Assembly (NCBI RefSeq): GCF_009914755.1
Contig: NC_060925.1
Direction: 5' to 3' (one strand)
DNA from: the human T2T-CHM13v2.0 reference genome, Homo sapiens
DNA length: 64,000 nt
This document shows, piece after piece, positions 36,861-50,842 of the stretch. The stretch's first letter is position 1; each line of letters begins with the position of its first letter. The position numbers and the translations under genes are program-made. The notes under the pieces are model-generated. The model was not told the DNA's origin. It did no database searches and saw only the letters and a list, made by a program, of their open reading frames with translations.

Positions 36861-37974
36861 AAGAATAGAAAGGAATGGAAGAAAGGAGGGAGGGATACAT
36901 TTTCTACTTTCCCTAGAAGAGCTAAGGCAATGTCATAAAGAGCATGAGGTCAAAAATACAAACCCTCGGGTCTCTTTTGCCAGCCCAAAATTTCCTAATA
37001 ACTCCTGAAACCCCTTGCTAGGCTGCCCTAGCCCTGTTTCTTCCCTGCCACCTGAGCTCCTGACCTCTCTATCAAGCCCAGTAGCTGAGCAGCAGGACCC
37101 TCTGAGGACCATGAGATCTCGGTCAAAATCCTCTTCTGCTTCCTGTAAGGACAACCTCCTCTCTCTAGACTTCAGTGTGTCCTGCACTAAATTAGACTTT
37201 TGCCTGCCAGAACACAATCTCAGCTGCCTGAGAAAGGAATGCACAGTCATTGATCAAAGACTCTTACCTTAATTTGCTGCCCCCACCCCCAACCCCATCT
37301 CCACAATGAGCCATTTTCCAGATAATAGCCATCATCACTGCCTTTGTGCAGGCCCAGGCATCCTGAAATTGAGCTTCCAATTTCCTTGTAGACATGCACA
37401 GGAAATGGAAAATCTATGCCAGTCCCCGGAGGCACACTGACAATTGATTCCAAAGCACACTGGGTGCCCACTCCCCAGGAGGGAGAGGGGACAGATGACC
37501 TGGGCCAGCCTGGGAGAGGTCTAGCTCCCATGACCAGTTCTCCAGGGTAGGAGGATTAGCATCTCCCTGTGGTCTGAGGGCCCCCTTAACCGCTCTACTT
37601 ATATCACCCACCCACTCACTGCTGTGCAGGGCAGGACAGGTCCCTATTGCTGGGGTCATCCCAGGAAACATCCCAGGTCACATCCCTATGACCCTGAGTC
37701 CCAGAGTCCTGTTTGCAGGAGGGTCCCTTTGATTCCTGGAAGGACAAAGATTCAGGGGACTAGAACTCTGAGAAAGGAAGGTAGACAATGGATGCCCTAT
37801 CTAGGAAAAAGCCCTTGAAATTACCAAGTCATGCTGAGGTAGGAGACACACCTTTATTCCATTCCCCAAAAGACAGCCTGCAGACGCTTCTGACTCATAC
37901 GTCTGAAAACATCATTTCTCCTGCTTAAACCTCTGACCATGGGTAGAGGGTATCCACAGCTGTGTTGAACATAA

Positions 37975-38200
37975 CTTAAATATTTTGAGACAGTCAGGGA
38001 AATTTGATTAGGGACTGGGTTATTAGAAAATAGAAAGGATTTATTGTTAATTTTGTTAGGTGTGATAATATCACTGTCGTTGTGTAAGAAAACATCCATA
38101 TTTTTTAGAGATATATGCTGCTAGAGTGTCAGTACACGGTATCTGAAATTTGTTTTCAAACACTTTAGTGCAGAAAAACAAAAAGGAAAGAAAAGCTATC
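37975..38200 (+). mobile_element. L1MC4/5-like 3'UTR fragment
   Basis: gggaaatttga...ttattgttaatttttgttaggtgtgataat. Confidence 0.6.
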
Positions 38201-38560
38201 ATAAAGCAGAATCCAGGTTCAACAAGATGAGATGCTCAGATTGAGAAATAATATCTGCCACAGGCAGGGGAGAGGCAGCTGGGGTGGAGGTGGAGGGAGT
38301 GACAGGACACCAGCCATACATTTGCCATCCTGGCTGGTCCCTCACCTGCCAGACAAATGTCTACTTTGCCCTTCAGGCCTACTTCAAAGAATACCTTAGT
38401 TATCATTGACTAACTAGGAGTTGATATGTTCTTAAACAATTCAGCCTTTTTTATTTATTCTGTTGCTGCTCTAGGACAAACCAAAAAATAAGAACTATGA
38501 GGGCCTTGTTCTAACAATTGCTGCTATGAATTGACTTTTATATGAAAGTCCCAACTTTCT

Positions 38561-38860
38561 GGCTGGATGTGGTGGCTCATGCCTGTAATCCCAGCACTTT
38601 GGGAGGCCGAGGCGAGCAGATCCATTGAGGTCACGAGTTCAAGACTAGCCTGGCCAACATAGCGAAACCCAGTCTCTACTAAAAATACAAAAAATTAGCT
38701 GGGCGTGGTGGCGTGTGCCTGTAATTTAAGCTACTAGGGAGGCTGAGGCAGGGGGATCACTTTGAACCTGGGAGGCAGAGGTTACAGTGGGCTGAGATTG
38801 TGCCACTGCCCTCCAGCCTGGGCGACAGAGCGAGACTCTGTTGAAAAAAAAGAAAAAAAA
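38561..38860 (+). mobile_element. AluS (Sx/Sz-like)
   Basis: full dimer ggctggatgtggtggctcatgcctgtaatcccagc...gagcgagactctg plus A tail. Confidence 0.93.
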
Positions 38861-38929
38861 GTATTGACTTTCTATTTTAGACTCAAATAAGCAATTTATC
38901 CTTTCCTTACTTTCAAGTAGAAAGGGATA

Positions 38930-39160
38930 TTAATAGCTGCCATTTATTGGATGTCTACCACGTGCCAGGCACTGTGCCAAGTACTGTGCATGCATCATCT
39001 CATTCATCATCACAACCACCCCATGAGCTAGGGCTGTATTACCCCCATATTTCAGATCCCAGTTGGAATCACTTGTACAAGCCCACACAGAGGGTAAGCA
39101 CTTGAGTTAGGATCTGACGTCAAGCTCTGTAACACCAAAGGCACTGCTCAAGCATTGTAC
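38930..39160 (-). mobile_element. MIR SINE
   Basis: catttattggatgtctaccacgtgccaggcactgtgc...cacaaccaccccatgag. Confidence 0.8.
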
Positions 39161-39838
39161 TCTCTCACCTCTCACTTCTCACCAAACACCTGGACAAACG
39201 ACTTATACATTTGGGGGCCACAGGGAAGAGCTGGGAGTTTGTGGCCTGGAGGGCCAGAGAGAAAAAACAGAGACCAAGTTCCAAAGGACAGCTGCTAGAG
39301 AGCTGGTAACCTCGGGGAAACTCTCTGCTCTAACCAAGAGAGGGAAAGAGAAAACACCACCTGCAAGGGGCTCCCAGCCCACGGAGAGTAACTGCTTCCT
39401 GGACAGCTCAGAGCAGCTGCTCAGAAGCCTCCAGGAGAGGGCTCCTGGCTGGGAGCACTCCAGGTGGCTGGGACCACTTCCCTGAAAACTTAGCCCACTT
39501 TGGGGCCAGCACTCTGTTTGTCAGCTAAGGGCTGAAAACTGGGGGTTTCAATAAGTGAAAATGGGAACACAAATTTGAGGCTCCATGAATATAATTCTAA
39601 TTGGGCATAATCCTTTGTTTAGGGATTTTCTTGTTTTATGGTAATAATTTGAGTCAAAATTTTTGTGTGAGTTTGGTTATTTCTGTAGGATTTAAATTTT
39701 TATCAGTAACTAAATATTTTACCCAATGTGCTGTGATAGGGGTGTGCTGTCAACACAGAATGCAAAGTTCCAATGTAGGCGTTGAACGTGTGGCTCACGC
39801 AAAGAATCTGATATTCCAACTGAAGCGAAATTTATTGA

Positions 39839-40113
39839 GAAATAAGGAAGGGCTGCTAGTCTACAATTCTCTGTTTTCTGTTTCTGATTTTTTTTTTGTT
39901 TTTTTTTTTCTTAAAAAAGGACTCCGAGATTTCCCCAGGAATTTATGAGAATTGCTTGTAGTAATTTAGGATGGAGGTTAGAAATAAGAAAGGATTGCTA
40001 GTCTATAATTCCCTGTGTTTCCTGTTTCTGTATTTTTTTTTCTTAAAAAAGGACTCCAAGATTTCCTCGGGAATTCGTGAAAATTGTTTGTAGTAATTTA
40101 AGATGGAAGTTAG
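39839..40113 (+). repeat. Two-copy tandem duplication, unit about 135-143 bp
   Basis: gaaataag(g/a)aagg...gctagtcta(c/t)aatt...cttaaaaaaggactcc...gtagtaattta(g/a)gatgga(g/a)gttag occurs twice, head to tail. Confidence 0.9.
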
Positions 40114-40783
40114 TGAATGTAACATGAATGAGGAATTGGAAGCTCTAACAGGTGTGGGATTTCAGCTGAAATATTAGGAATGACGCATGAGCTCATGGGT
40201 ATTGTCCAGTTTGAATTTCTGAGAGAATGTGTCCTATTGCAATGTGGATTTCAGTTAGCTGGCATTTGTTTTGGTTGAGATCCTTCATTGGCTATGTTTC
40301 TCTGATAAGAGTTTGGAGAAACACCAAAACTACAGTAATAAATGGCTAAGACAATAGAATTAGCACCAGAACTTTACTCACTGCCCTAAAATATCTCCCC
40401 ATGACCCCAGGTTCTACAGCCTTCCAAAATCAACCTTCTCCTTAGAAGCTAGATATGATAGTCCAAGTCCTCAGGCGGCTTACCTGAGAGAAAGCCTGGC
40501 TGTTTATCAGGTTTGTCTCCCCCTGAGATCTCTGGAAATCCCCCAAGGAATGCTTCTGTGTCTTACAAAGCAGCCCTGATCATCACTTGAACGTCAAGGA
40601 GCTGCCTAGCTTTTGGGCAACCTGTACCTTCATCCCTGTGTTGCATTTCTCTGGATTATTTGTGCTCTCTCAAAAGTCCCATCCTAAACTCCCCCAGAGA
40701 ACAGTGAAAATCAGGTTGTAACATTTAACACAATATTACTGAAGGTGCATGGGGGACAGACCGGGATTGCAGTGTGGAGTGCT

Positions 40784-40785
<2 letters not shown>

Positions 40786-40843
<58 letters not shown>
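40786..40843. repeat. (CT)n microsatellite
   Basis: about 29 perfect CT units. Confidence 0.97.
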
Positions 40844-40846
<3 letters not shown>

Positions 40847-42374
40847 CTCCAGCCTGACACTGTGCACATAGAATTGCTTTGTCTCTATCTTCCCAACATG
40901 AGTGTAGATCCTCCTCCCCATCCCAGTCTTCTGTGGGGTCCAGCAACAGAGAAAATGATATCTCCAGTCTCTGCTTCCCATGAACTGCAAACACCTAACT
41001 CAGCCCAAAGTGGAGACACACTGTTAACATCACGATGAAGAGAGGTTTCATTCTTCACTGCCCTGCAAATTCCATTTCAGAAAAGAATGTTTTTGGCTTA
41101 CAGTTGTTAAACCAAAGTCTCATTAAACTATTTGTCTTAAGATATAATTTGCCCATAAGTAAGATACAAATCTCCCCCCTTGGAGAAACAGGAAGTCATC
41201 AGTTTTGAAAACAGCTCCTTCTCCTGCCACTTCTAGCCATCAACATTGAGGTCCGCCTTTATGATTTGGAGGTTATCTCCAGGCCCAGCAGCTGAGAAGG
41301 ACCTGCGGTGCCTACGCCACATTCTGTTTGTGGTCTGTCCTTTTGTACCTGTTTCCCCAAGGGGGACATCCTATGTTTTTGCCCTGTGCCCCAAAAATGC
41401 CTTTGTACACAGTGATTCCCTGCGAGGTACAGGATGCCTGGAGGAATGGGGAGTTTTGCATCAGGTTGGGTAGGCAAACTAGAGGAAAAGCCTTTGAGTG
41501 CTGCTGGAGGCAGCATTTGTGGTCCAAGGAGAGGAAAGGAGCAACAACATTGGCAGTGAGACTGTGATAAAAGGAAAGACAATCAGTATGGTTTGGCTCA
41601 TGTGGAAAGAGGAGAGCCAGGGCAGACCTCTTGACAGCACCCCAAAGCCAGCAACTTCTGAAACTCATCTTTGTATCATTGCATTGTGTTTTGTTCACAG
41701 GGGGCCTTGGCTTTGGTGTTTCTGGGAAATGTTTGAGTTTTCTCTTTTGAAAATATTTCAAGCTCCTTGCCCCAATGTGTCTTAATCTATGCTTCTCAAA
41801 CTGGGACACATTTTCCTACTTGCCAGGGGAATGGAGCCGCGTGCTAGAGCATACATGAAGCCACAGAATACCACATATTCATGGTATGTGGATTTAATTA
41901 AAACAATGGCCTGGGGGCAGAGTGTGTGCCATTTTGGACTTTTTTACACAACTTTGTGACAAGGCAAAGTCATCAGCCTTCTGCTTTTGCATTTCATCTA
42001 ATTTCATGTTTTCTTTTTTATGAAAGATTGAAGTTTACTTTTTTTGAAGTTTTCATCAAAGTAATTCATGAACACAGTTTTAAAATATAATCATATAAAA
42101 AAACTTCTCATGACAAATCATCATGCCCCCCCATCCCACCCATTCCCCAGCCTCCCTTCCCCCAAGGTAATTATTTATCATTCTTTATAACTTTTCTACT
42201 AGTTAGCTCCATGTTTCCAAATAATATGCTTAAACTGCTGTTTATTGATCCATGCATTTGACCTTCTCTATTTATTTTGAATTATGATGGATATGGGTTT
42301 GGATCTTTCATTCTCCCCATCTGCATTTCCTCTTACAGCAATTTCACTACTATTTTTTGTTAAATAATGTATGC

Positions 42375-42945
42375 TGTAAAATAGACATTGACTGGTAGCC
42401 ACCTAACATCCATTTTCTTTCCTCTTGGAACTGTACCTTAATTCCCATTTGGAATGGAAACCCACCCATTTCCCTAGTCAGTGGAAACTTTCTTGAAGAG
42501 CTGACCCCGTCTCCATCCACAAGGGTGGTTTCTGATTGGCTGAACCCCAACCCTCAAGCTATAGTGACTGGTTCAAGAAAAAGCAGGTTACCCAACATCA
42601 ACCAATGAGAGGTCTGCTGGAGGAAAGTGAGAGCATGCATTTCCTTGTTTTTCTGCAGAACTGGAGAAATATTCTTTCCCTGATGGACATGAATGAGGAA
42701 AATTAAAGTCCCTAAGTGATGGAAACCATCTTGCAACTCTGGGGAAAGCCAGTCTTACTTTAAATAGATACTGCAGAATGCCAAGAGGAGAAATTAAAAG
42801 ATTTCAGAGGGCCCCTGAATCAAACCTCATCTGTAGGCTAAACTGCCTTCTGTCAAATATGCAACAGAAATACTGTAATTTCCTTTATGGTTTAAGCCAC
42901 TTTGAGTTTTTAGTTACTTGCAAGGAAGAGATTCCTTACCAACAT
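42375..42945 (+). mobile_element. MLT1 (J/K-like) MaLR LTR
   Basis: gtgactggttcaag...ccaatgagag...tttaagccactttgagtttttagttacttgcaa. Confidence 0.65.
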
Positions 42946-44361
42946 AAGGGTTTATATCAATATGATACACAACAAATTATTTGTGATTTCATTGCAGAGT
43001 TAATTGGTGTATGGTTACAATTCCTTTCATGTGCAGCATTCTGATGGTCTTAAAAAACTAATCATTATTTTTACTTGCAAAATTTTCCATATGCATATCC
43101 TTAATTCTTTCCCCATACTCATCTCCAACCTCCTTCTTCATGCTCCACTAGTGGCCTCTGAGCTGTCAGCCTGAGCCTTCTCTTCACCACTCTCCTGAGT
43201 TAAATCCACCTATTGCTGGATCCCATGACTTCTTTTTTAGATTACTCAGGATTTACTGGAATGTTTTCTCAAAGCTTCCTATGAAAAAGTGCCAAATTGT
43301 CTATGAATGAATGAAGATGTCTTAACTTTGACCTCACACTTGACTGTTAGCCTGGCAGGGTGTAAAATTCCCAGTTGAGAATTATATTCTGTAAGATTTT
43401 TGATGCTATTGTTCAATTGCTTTCTGGTATTCAGTGTTGCTACTGAGAAGCCTGGTGTCTTTCTAATTATATTCTTTTCTATGTGACATCTTTTGCATTA
43501 TTTTGCTCTTTGGGAGCTTTTAGGGGACACCTAGTTCTTGGCTTTAAATCCTCTCTATGATATACCTCAATGTGGTGTTTTTTAATTCTCACTGAGATGT
43601 GTCCACTACGGGCCTTTCAATACATAGCCTGGCTGGTGTTCTTCATTTTGGAAAGAAAAATGTTCTTAGATTATTTCGTCTGTTTCTGTCCCTATGTTTC
43701 CAGTCTTCTTTCTTTTTTTTTCTTCTTTCTTTATTATCTTCTGTCTGGAAACTTATTATTCAGATGTGGAATTTCTAGGCTTTATTCTTCATGTCTCTCC
43801 TCATCATTCTCATATTTTTCAACTCTTTATCTTTTTTTCTGCCTTATATTTCCTTGATTTTGTCTTCCATTTTTAAAATTTAGCTATTATTTTTATTTCC
43901 ACAAGCTCATTGTGGTATCTTGCTCTTGTTTTATAGATGCAATACTTTATTATAGTCCTCTGAGAATATTTATTAGAATTGAGGTGGTAGTTACTTTGGA
44001 AGTTTTTTCTTTTCCCTATATTATCTCTGTGGGTTTTTTTTTTTTCATTTTCTTTTATCAAAGACTTTTATCAATTGTCTTGTGATCTTTGACCATCTGC
44101 CTGCATTTAAGAAATAGCTGAAAACTCAGAGGCCTGGGCAAGGTTCATGTAAGCTGGACTTATGTTAGGGTGGTAAGGAATGATGACAGCCATCTCATTG
44201 GTGGATGCACAAAATATCAGTGAGTGACTACAGGATTTCAAAATATATTACAAAGCTATAGTAATCAAACAGCATGGTGATGGCATAAAAACAGACACAT
44301 CAATCAATGGAATAGGACAGAGAGCCCAGAAATAAACCCACACTTCTACAATCAATTGATC

Positions 44362-44508
<147 letters not shown>

Positions 44509-45249
44509 TGACAAAGGTGTCAAGAACACACAATAGGGAAAGGACAGTCTTCAATAAATGGTGTTGGGAAAACTGAATATCCGCATGCAGAGGAATGAAA
44601 ATGGACTCATGGCTCATCTTTACACAAGAATCAATTCAAAATGGATTAAAAACTTAAACATAAGAAGACATAGAAGGAAAGCTCCATGACACTGGCCTGG
44701 GCAATGACTTTGTAATGTGACCCCAAAAGCACAGGAAACAAAAGCAAAAACAGACAAATGGGATTGCATCAAATGAAGAAGCTTCTGCATAGCAAAAGAA
44801 ACAACACAGTGAAGAGACGACCACTAATTGGAAGAAAATATTTTAAATCATATATCAGATAAGGGGCTCATATCCAAAATGTGCAAGGAACTAAAATTAC
44901 TCAACAACAAAAACAACAAAAAACAAATAACCCAATTTTTAAAATGGGCAAAGTACCTAAACAGACATTTCTCAAAAGAAGACATACAAATGGCCAACAA
45001 GTAAATGAAAAAAATGCCCAACATCTCTAATCCTCAGGGAAATGCAAATTAAAATCACAATGAGATAGCAACTCACACCTGTTAGAATGACTATTATCAT
45101 AAATATGAATGATAACAAGTATTGGCAAGGATGTGGAGAAAAGAGAACACTTGTACACTGTTAGTGGTGTTGTAAATTAGTACAGCAATTTTGGGAAAAG
45201 TATGGGGGGGTTCCTCAAAAAGCTAAAAATAGAATTACCATGTGATCCA

Positions 45250-45954
45250 TGCTATAGTATAGATATTTGACCCTCCAAACCTCATGCTAAAATTTGATCC
45301 CCAATGTTGGAGGTAAGGCCTAATGGGGGATGTTTGAGTCTTGGGGGTGGATCCCTCATGAATGGCTTGGTGCCCTCTTACTGGTAACAAGAAAGTTCTC
45401 ACTCTCTTAGTTCCCACAAGAGCCCCCAAAAGCTGGTTCTTGTGGTCTTGCTTTGCTGCCCAGGCTGGAGTGCAGTGGCAACATCTGCTTCCCAGGCTCA
45501 AGGGATCCTCTTACCTCAGCCTCCTGAGTAACTGGGACCACAGGTGTGTGCCACCATGCCTACCTAATTTTTTATTTTTAGTAGAGATGAGGTCTCACTA
45601 TGTTGTCCAGGAGGATCTTGAAACTCCTGGGCTTAAGTGAGCCTCCTACCTTGGCCTCCCAAAGTGCCGGGATTACAGGTGTGAGCTACCACACCCGGCC
45701 TTAAAGAGCTGGTTCTTAAAAAGAGCCTCCCACTTTCCCCTCTCTCTTTCTTTCTGTCTCACTGTGTGATCTGCACACACTGGCTCCTCTTTGCCTTCTA
45801 CCATGAATGGAGGCTTCCTGAGGCCCTGTCAGAAGCAGGTGCTGGAGCCATGCTTCGTGTACAACCTGCAAAACTGTGAGCCAAATAAATCTCTTTTCTT
45901 TATAAATTACTCAGCCTAGGTACTCCTTTATAGCAACACAAGTGGAGTAAGAAA
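45250..45954 (+). mobile_element. MSTB-type MaLR solo LTR
   Basis: tgctatagt...ccaaacctcatgctaaaatttgatccccaatgttggagg...ataaattactcagcc...gagtaagaaa; flanks ATCCA/ATCTG (probable CpG-decayed ATCCG TSD). Confidence 0.85.
45442..45700 (-). mobile_element. AluJ nested in MSTB, lacking its poly-A tail
   Basis: cccaggctggagtgcagtggc...gattacaggtgtgagctaccacacccggcc; flanked by agctggttctt on both sides. Confidence 0.85.
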
Positions 45955-46751
45955 ATCTGACAATCTCACTTCTGGTTATACACCCAAAGGGAATGAAATC
46001 AGTATGTTGAAAAGATATCTGCACTTCTGTATTCATTGCAGCAATAGCCAAGACACAGAAACAACTACAGTGCTCATCAATGGATGAATACATTTTCAAA
46101 ATGTGGTACGCATACACTATGAAATATTATTCAACCTTTAAAAAGCAGGAAATTCTGTCATTTGTGACAACAAGGATGAACCTAGAGGACATTATGCTAA
46201 ATGAAATAAGCCAGCCAGGCACAGAAAGACAAATATTGCATGATCTCAGTTATATGTGGAATCTAAAGAAATTGAACTCATAGAAGAAAAGAGTAGCATG
46301 GTGGTTGCCAGGGCCTAGGAGAAAGAGGTGGTGGGCAGGTAAAGAGGAGATATTGGTCAAAGGGTACAAAGTTCCAGTTTGAGAGGTGGAATAGGTTCTG
46401 ATGCTCTATTGCACAGCATGGTGACTATAGTTAATAATTATGTACCACATAGTTCATATAACTAAAAGAGTGGACTTTGAATGCTTTTACCACAAAGAAA
46501 TGATAACTATTTTAGGTGATGGATGTGTTGGTTAGCTTGATATGATCATTCCACAAAGTATACATGTATTAAAACACCACATTGTACCCCATAAATATAT
46601 ATAAGTATTTTTAATGAAAAATAGAATAAAATAAATCATTGTCTGGAGGTCTTTTTCTGGGGCAATTCAGTTTCTGCAGAGAAAAACATTCTGTCTTTCT
46701 ACTTTGTTAAGGGTGGGGAAAGCAGAGGGAAGGGAGGCTGACGGTACAACT

Positions 46752-47002
46752 CAAGTGTGTCCAACCTGCAACCTGCAGACTGCATGCATCCCAGGATGGC
46801 TTTAAATGCACCCCAATACACATTCGTAAACTTTCTTAAAACATTATGGGATTTTTTTGCAATTTTTTTAGCTCATCAGCTATCGTTAGTGTTAGTATAT
46901 TTTATGTGTGGCCCAAGACAATTCTTTTTCTTCCAGTGTGGCCCAAGACAATTCTTTTTCTTCCAATGTGGCCCAGGGAAGCCAAAAGACTGGACACCTC
47001 TG
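46752..47002 (-). mobile_element. MER30 hAT MITE with 8-bp TSD (GTACAACT/GTATAATT) and a 30-bp internal duplication
   Basis: gctcatcagctatcgttagtgttagt...gtggcccagggaagccaaaagactggacacc matches the MER30 reverse complement. Confidence 0.88.
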
Positions 47003-48479
47003 GTATAATTATTTCATCTGTAGATTTATTGTCTCCATCTCCATGCCCCATCTCATTTCCAAACTTCTTGGGCTGAATTTGTACAAAGAATAAACTTTCA
47101 GTTTCCTTCGTGGGGTTAGAGGATCATATAAGAAGGGATGTCTGTCTTCTGGCATTGAGTACACAGAATTGGGAAATAGGGTTTGGAGAGGGGTTCAACT
47201 CTTCCACTACAGAGTCTTCCAAAAAATCCCCCAGTTTGTAGCTCTACCCATCACCCAAAGCCTGCTCAGTAACCAGTATCTCTGCCTCCTAGGTCTTTCT
47301 AAAATCCTGTGGGGATGGGTCAGCTCACTTCTCATCCACATCCTACTCTGCACATACTGAATACAGGGGCCTTTTGTGTAGTGATGGATCAGTTGCCCTT
47401 CTTCCATCAATTTGTATCTTCTGAAGATTTATTGAAATCTCTCATCCACTGATGCCCCCTCTCCCATTTTTGTTTTGTCCTTGTGAGTTCATGACTATTT
47501 TATTCATTTTTCAAATTTTATTAGTCATTTTTAAATGAGAAGAAAAAAGATAAATGTGCATGGTCAATCCATTATTTTAACTGGAGTTTTCTAAAACCTT
47601 TTCTATATGCAGACAGTGACTGAAAAAACAAGTACTTTTGTGTTTCCCGGAGCTCAGTTGTATTAACAGTATAGTTAGAACTAGGATTAGAGCCAATGAT
47701 CAGAGAATGTGCCAAGACTGCAGAAAGCACAAATGGCAGTGATATTGCTGCCCACACAGCTAGGTCAGGCCACCAGACTAAAAACGGGGTAGGGTGGAAT
47801 TTCCACAGAGGTCACACAAAAATGCAGACCTAGATTTTTCAAAGTAAATGTATCGTCTTTTCTTTTAACTTTTGACACAAAAAAAAGTTTCTTGTACAAA
47901 TCATTCAAAATCCTAACAAAAATGCACTTCATTAAATATTTTATTTACAAAATGTGGAAATATGCTTATTTCAACATCTGGCCATAATGGATTCCTGGCA
48001 TCTTATGGTCTGAGTTTCATTATTCTTATATCATTTCATAATGCAATGATTTTTAAATTGCATGTTCAAATGGGACCATGGATCAGTAGTTAAAATAGGA
48101 AATCTGAAGTAAAATTTGAAATTAGTAGGAAAATGCCACCCACATAATGATCAAAACTCAGAACTCTAAAGTATCAAGGGTGTCATATCCTTATCCTAGT
48201 CACTGAAGTTTCCCACAAAGATTTGAGAATGAAGATACTACCACAATGTAGCAGCAATTGGGGGAAGGGCAGGATGGCCTAAAACTTATTTAAAGTATGA
48301 GTTTTATTGTTGTGGACCACAACTGAGCCTAAACTACCATCTCCATTTCAGAAAAACCTGGAGCAATAGCTGTGTGAAACTATCATTCTTGAAGGGATAT
48401 TTTAAACCTAATATACAATCTATTAGGGGAGTTAAATTATAAAATAGTAACAATATGAAAAACCTATAGAGAAAATGCC

Positions 48480-49135
48480 AAAAAAATAGTGTCAATACCA
48501 ACAAAGAAATTCAGCACTGAAACTGGATTTCTCTTACATTACTGGTGGGAAGGCAAATGACACAACCACTCTGAAAAATAGTTTGTCAGCTTCTTAAAAC
48601 ATTAAGCATTTACTGACCATTGATGGCAGCAATCACATTCCTAGGCATTTATCTCAGATAAATGAAACTTATGTCCACACAAAAACTTGTACCTGGTTGT
48701 TCATAGCAGGATTATTTGTAATAGCCAGAAACTGGACACAACCAAAATGTCCTACAATCTGTGAATGGTTAAACAAGCCGAGGTGTATCATGGAATACTA
48801 CTTAGCAATAAAAAAAAAAACTGTCAATACACACAACAACCTGGATGGTTCTCAAAGCATTATGCTGAGTGAAAAAAAAAAATCCCCAAAGGTCACGTAC
48901 TGTATGATTCTATTTGTACAAAGTTCTAAAAGTAACAAAATTATGTAGGTGAAGAACATATCTGTGGTTGCCAGGGGTTAGGGAGGGGAAGAGGTGTAGG
49001 CAGGAAGGTGGGTGTGACCTTAAAAGGGTAGCACAAGTAATCTTTGTGTTGATGGAACAGGTCTGCATCATGATTACAATTGTGGTTATATGAATCAATA
49101 CATGTGATAAAATTGCCAAGAACTAAATACACACC
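48480..49135 (+). mobile_element. L1MC/MD-type 3' fragment
   Basis: peptide FIAGLFVIARNWTQPKCP; 3'UTR gggtgtgaccttaaaagggtagcac. Confidence 0.75.
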
Positions 49136-50094
49136 TTTGGTTCTATATAATAGATAAATTGCCTACATTAAAAAATGTAAGGATCTCAAACAAACAACCT
49201 AAATTTAAACATCGGGGAACTAGAAAAACAAGAATAAATTCAGTCCAAAGTTAGCATAAGGAAGGAAATAATAAAGATCAGAGCAGAAATAAATCAAATC
49301 GAGAATAGAAAAACAATAGAAACAAATGATCAAAACTAAGATTTGGTTTATTGAAAAGATAGACAAAATTGGCAAACCCTTAGCTAGACAGAATACGAAA
49401 AAAAGAAAGAAGGCTCAAATAAACTCAGAAATGAAAGAAGAGACATTACAATGAGTACTTCAGAAATTTAAAAAAAAATCATAAGGGACTATTATGAACA
49501 TGTATGCACCAACAAATTGGATAACCTATAAGTAGATAAATTCCTAGAAATATACAACCTGCCAACACCGAATCAACAGGAAATAGAAAGCCTGAAAAGA
49601 TTAATAACAAGTAAGGAGATTAAATAAGTAACCAAAAGCTTGGCAACAAAGAAAAGCCAAAGACCAGATGGCTTCACTGCTGAATTATATCAAATATTAT
49701 ACCATTCCTTCTTAAACTCTTCCCAAATAAATAAATAAAGGAAGACTTCCTTACTCATTTTACGAAACCAACATTACCCAATACCAAATCCAGACAAAGA
49801 CACCACAAGATACCACAAGAAAAGAAAATTACAGGCCAATATTCCTAATTCATTATTATAGATGCAAAACTCTTCAATAAAATACTAGCAAACCATATTC
49901 AATAGCACATTAAAAGGATTATAGCCCATGACCAAGTGGGATTTATCCCAAGGATGCAAGGATGGTTCAACATATGCAAATCTATAAATGTGAATACCAC
50001 ATTAATGGAACAAAGGACAAAACATATGATCTCAATAGATCAGAAAAACATTTGACAAAATTCAGTATTCATTTCTGATTTAAAAGAAAAACTC

Positions 50095-50395
50095 AGACAG
50101 GTGCAGTGGCTTATGCCTGTAATCCCAGCACTTTAGGAGGCCAAGGTGGGGGGATCATTTGAAGCCAGGAGCTCAAGAGCAGCCTGGGAAATATCACAAG
50201 ACTTTGTCTCTACAGAAAAAAAATTAGAAATTGGCCAGGCATGGTGGTGCATTCCTATAGCCTTAGCTACTCAGGAGGTTGAGGCAGGAGGATCATTTGA
50301 GCCAAGGAGTTCAAGGCTGCAGTGAGCTATAACTGTGCCACTGCACTCCAGCCTTGATGACAAGGTGAGATTCTATCTCAAAACAAACAAAAAAA
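50095..50395 (+). mobile_element. AluJ
   Basis: gcagtggcttatgcctgtaatcccagc...ggagttcaaggctgcagtgagcta. Confidence 0.9.
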
Positions 50396-50842
50396 CTTTC
50401 AACAATATAATGAATGCACCTCAACATAATAAAGGCCAAACATGACAAGCCCACAGCTAACATCATAGACAATGGGAGAAAACTGAAAGATTTTCCTCTA
50501 ATATCTAGTATAATGCAAGGATGCCATCTCACCACCACTATTCAACATAGTACTAGAAGTCCTAGCCAGAGCATTAGGAGGAGAAAAATAAATACAAGGC
50601 ATCTAAATCAGAAAGGAAGAAGTAAAATTGTTTCTGTTCACAAAGGATATGATTAGATATGTAGAAAATCCTAAAGACTCAATAAAAAAACTGTTAGGCC
50701 TAATAAATTCAATAAAGTTGCAGGATACAAATTCAACATATGAAAATTGGTGGTGTTTCTACAAACTAACAATAAACTACCTAAAGAGGAAATTAAGAAA
50801 ACAGCATCAAAAAGAACAAAATACTTAGAAATAAACTTAAGC

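Noticed and set aside
40725-41038. ORFs with ERERER / LSLSLS runs
   Set aside because: These are translations of the (CT)n microsatellite.
46906-46975. CRISPR-like 30-bp direct repeats
   Set aside because: Spacer-less tandem duplication inside a MER30 element in a mammalian genome.
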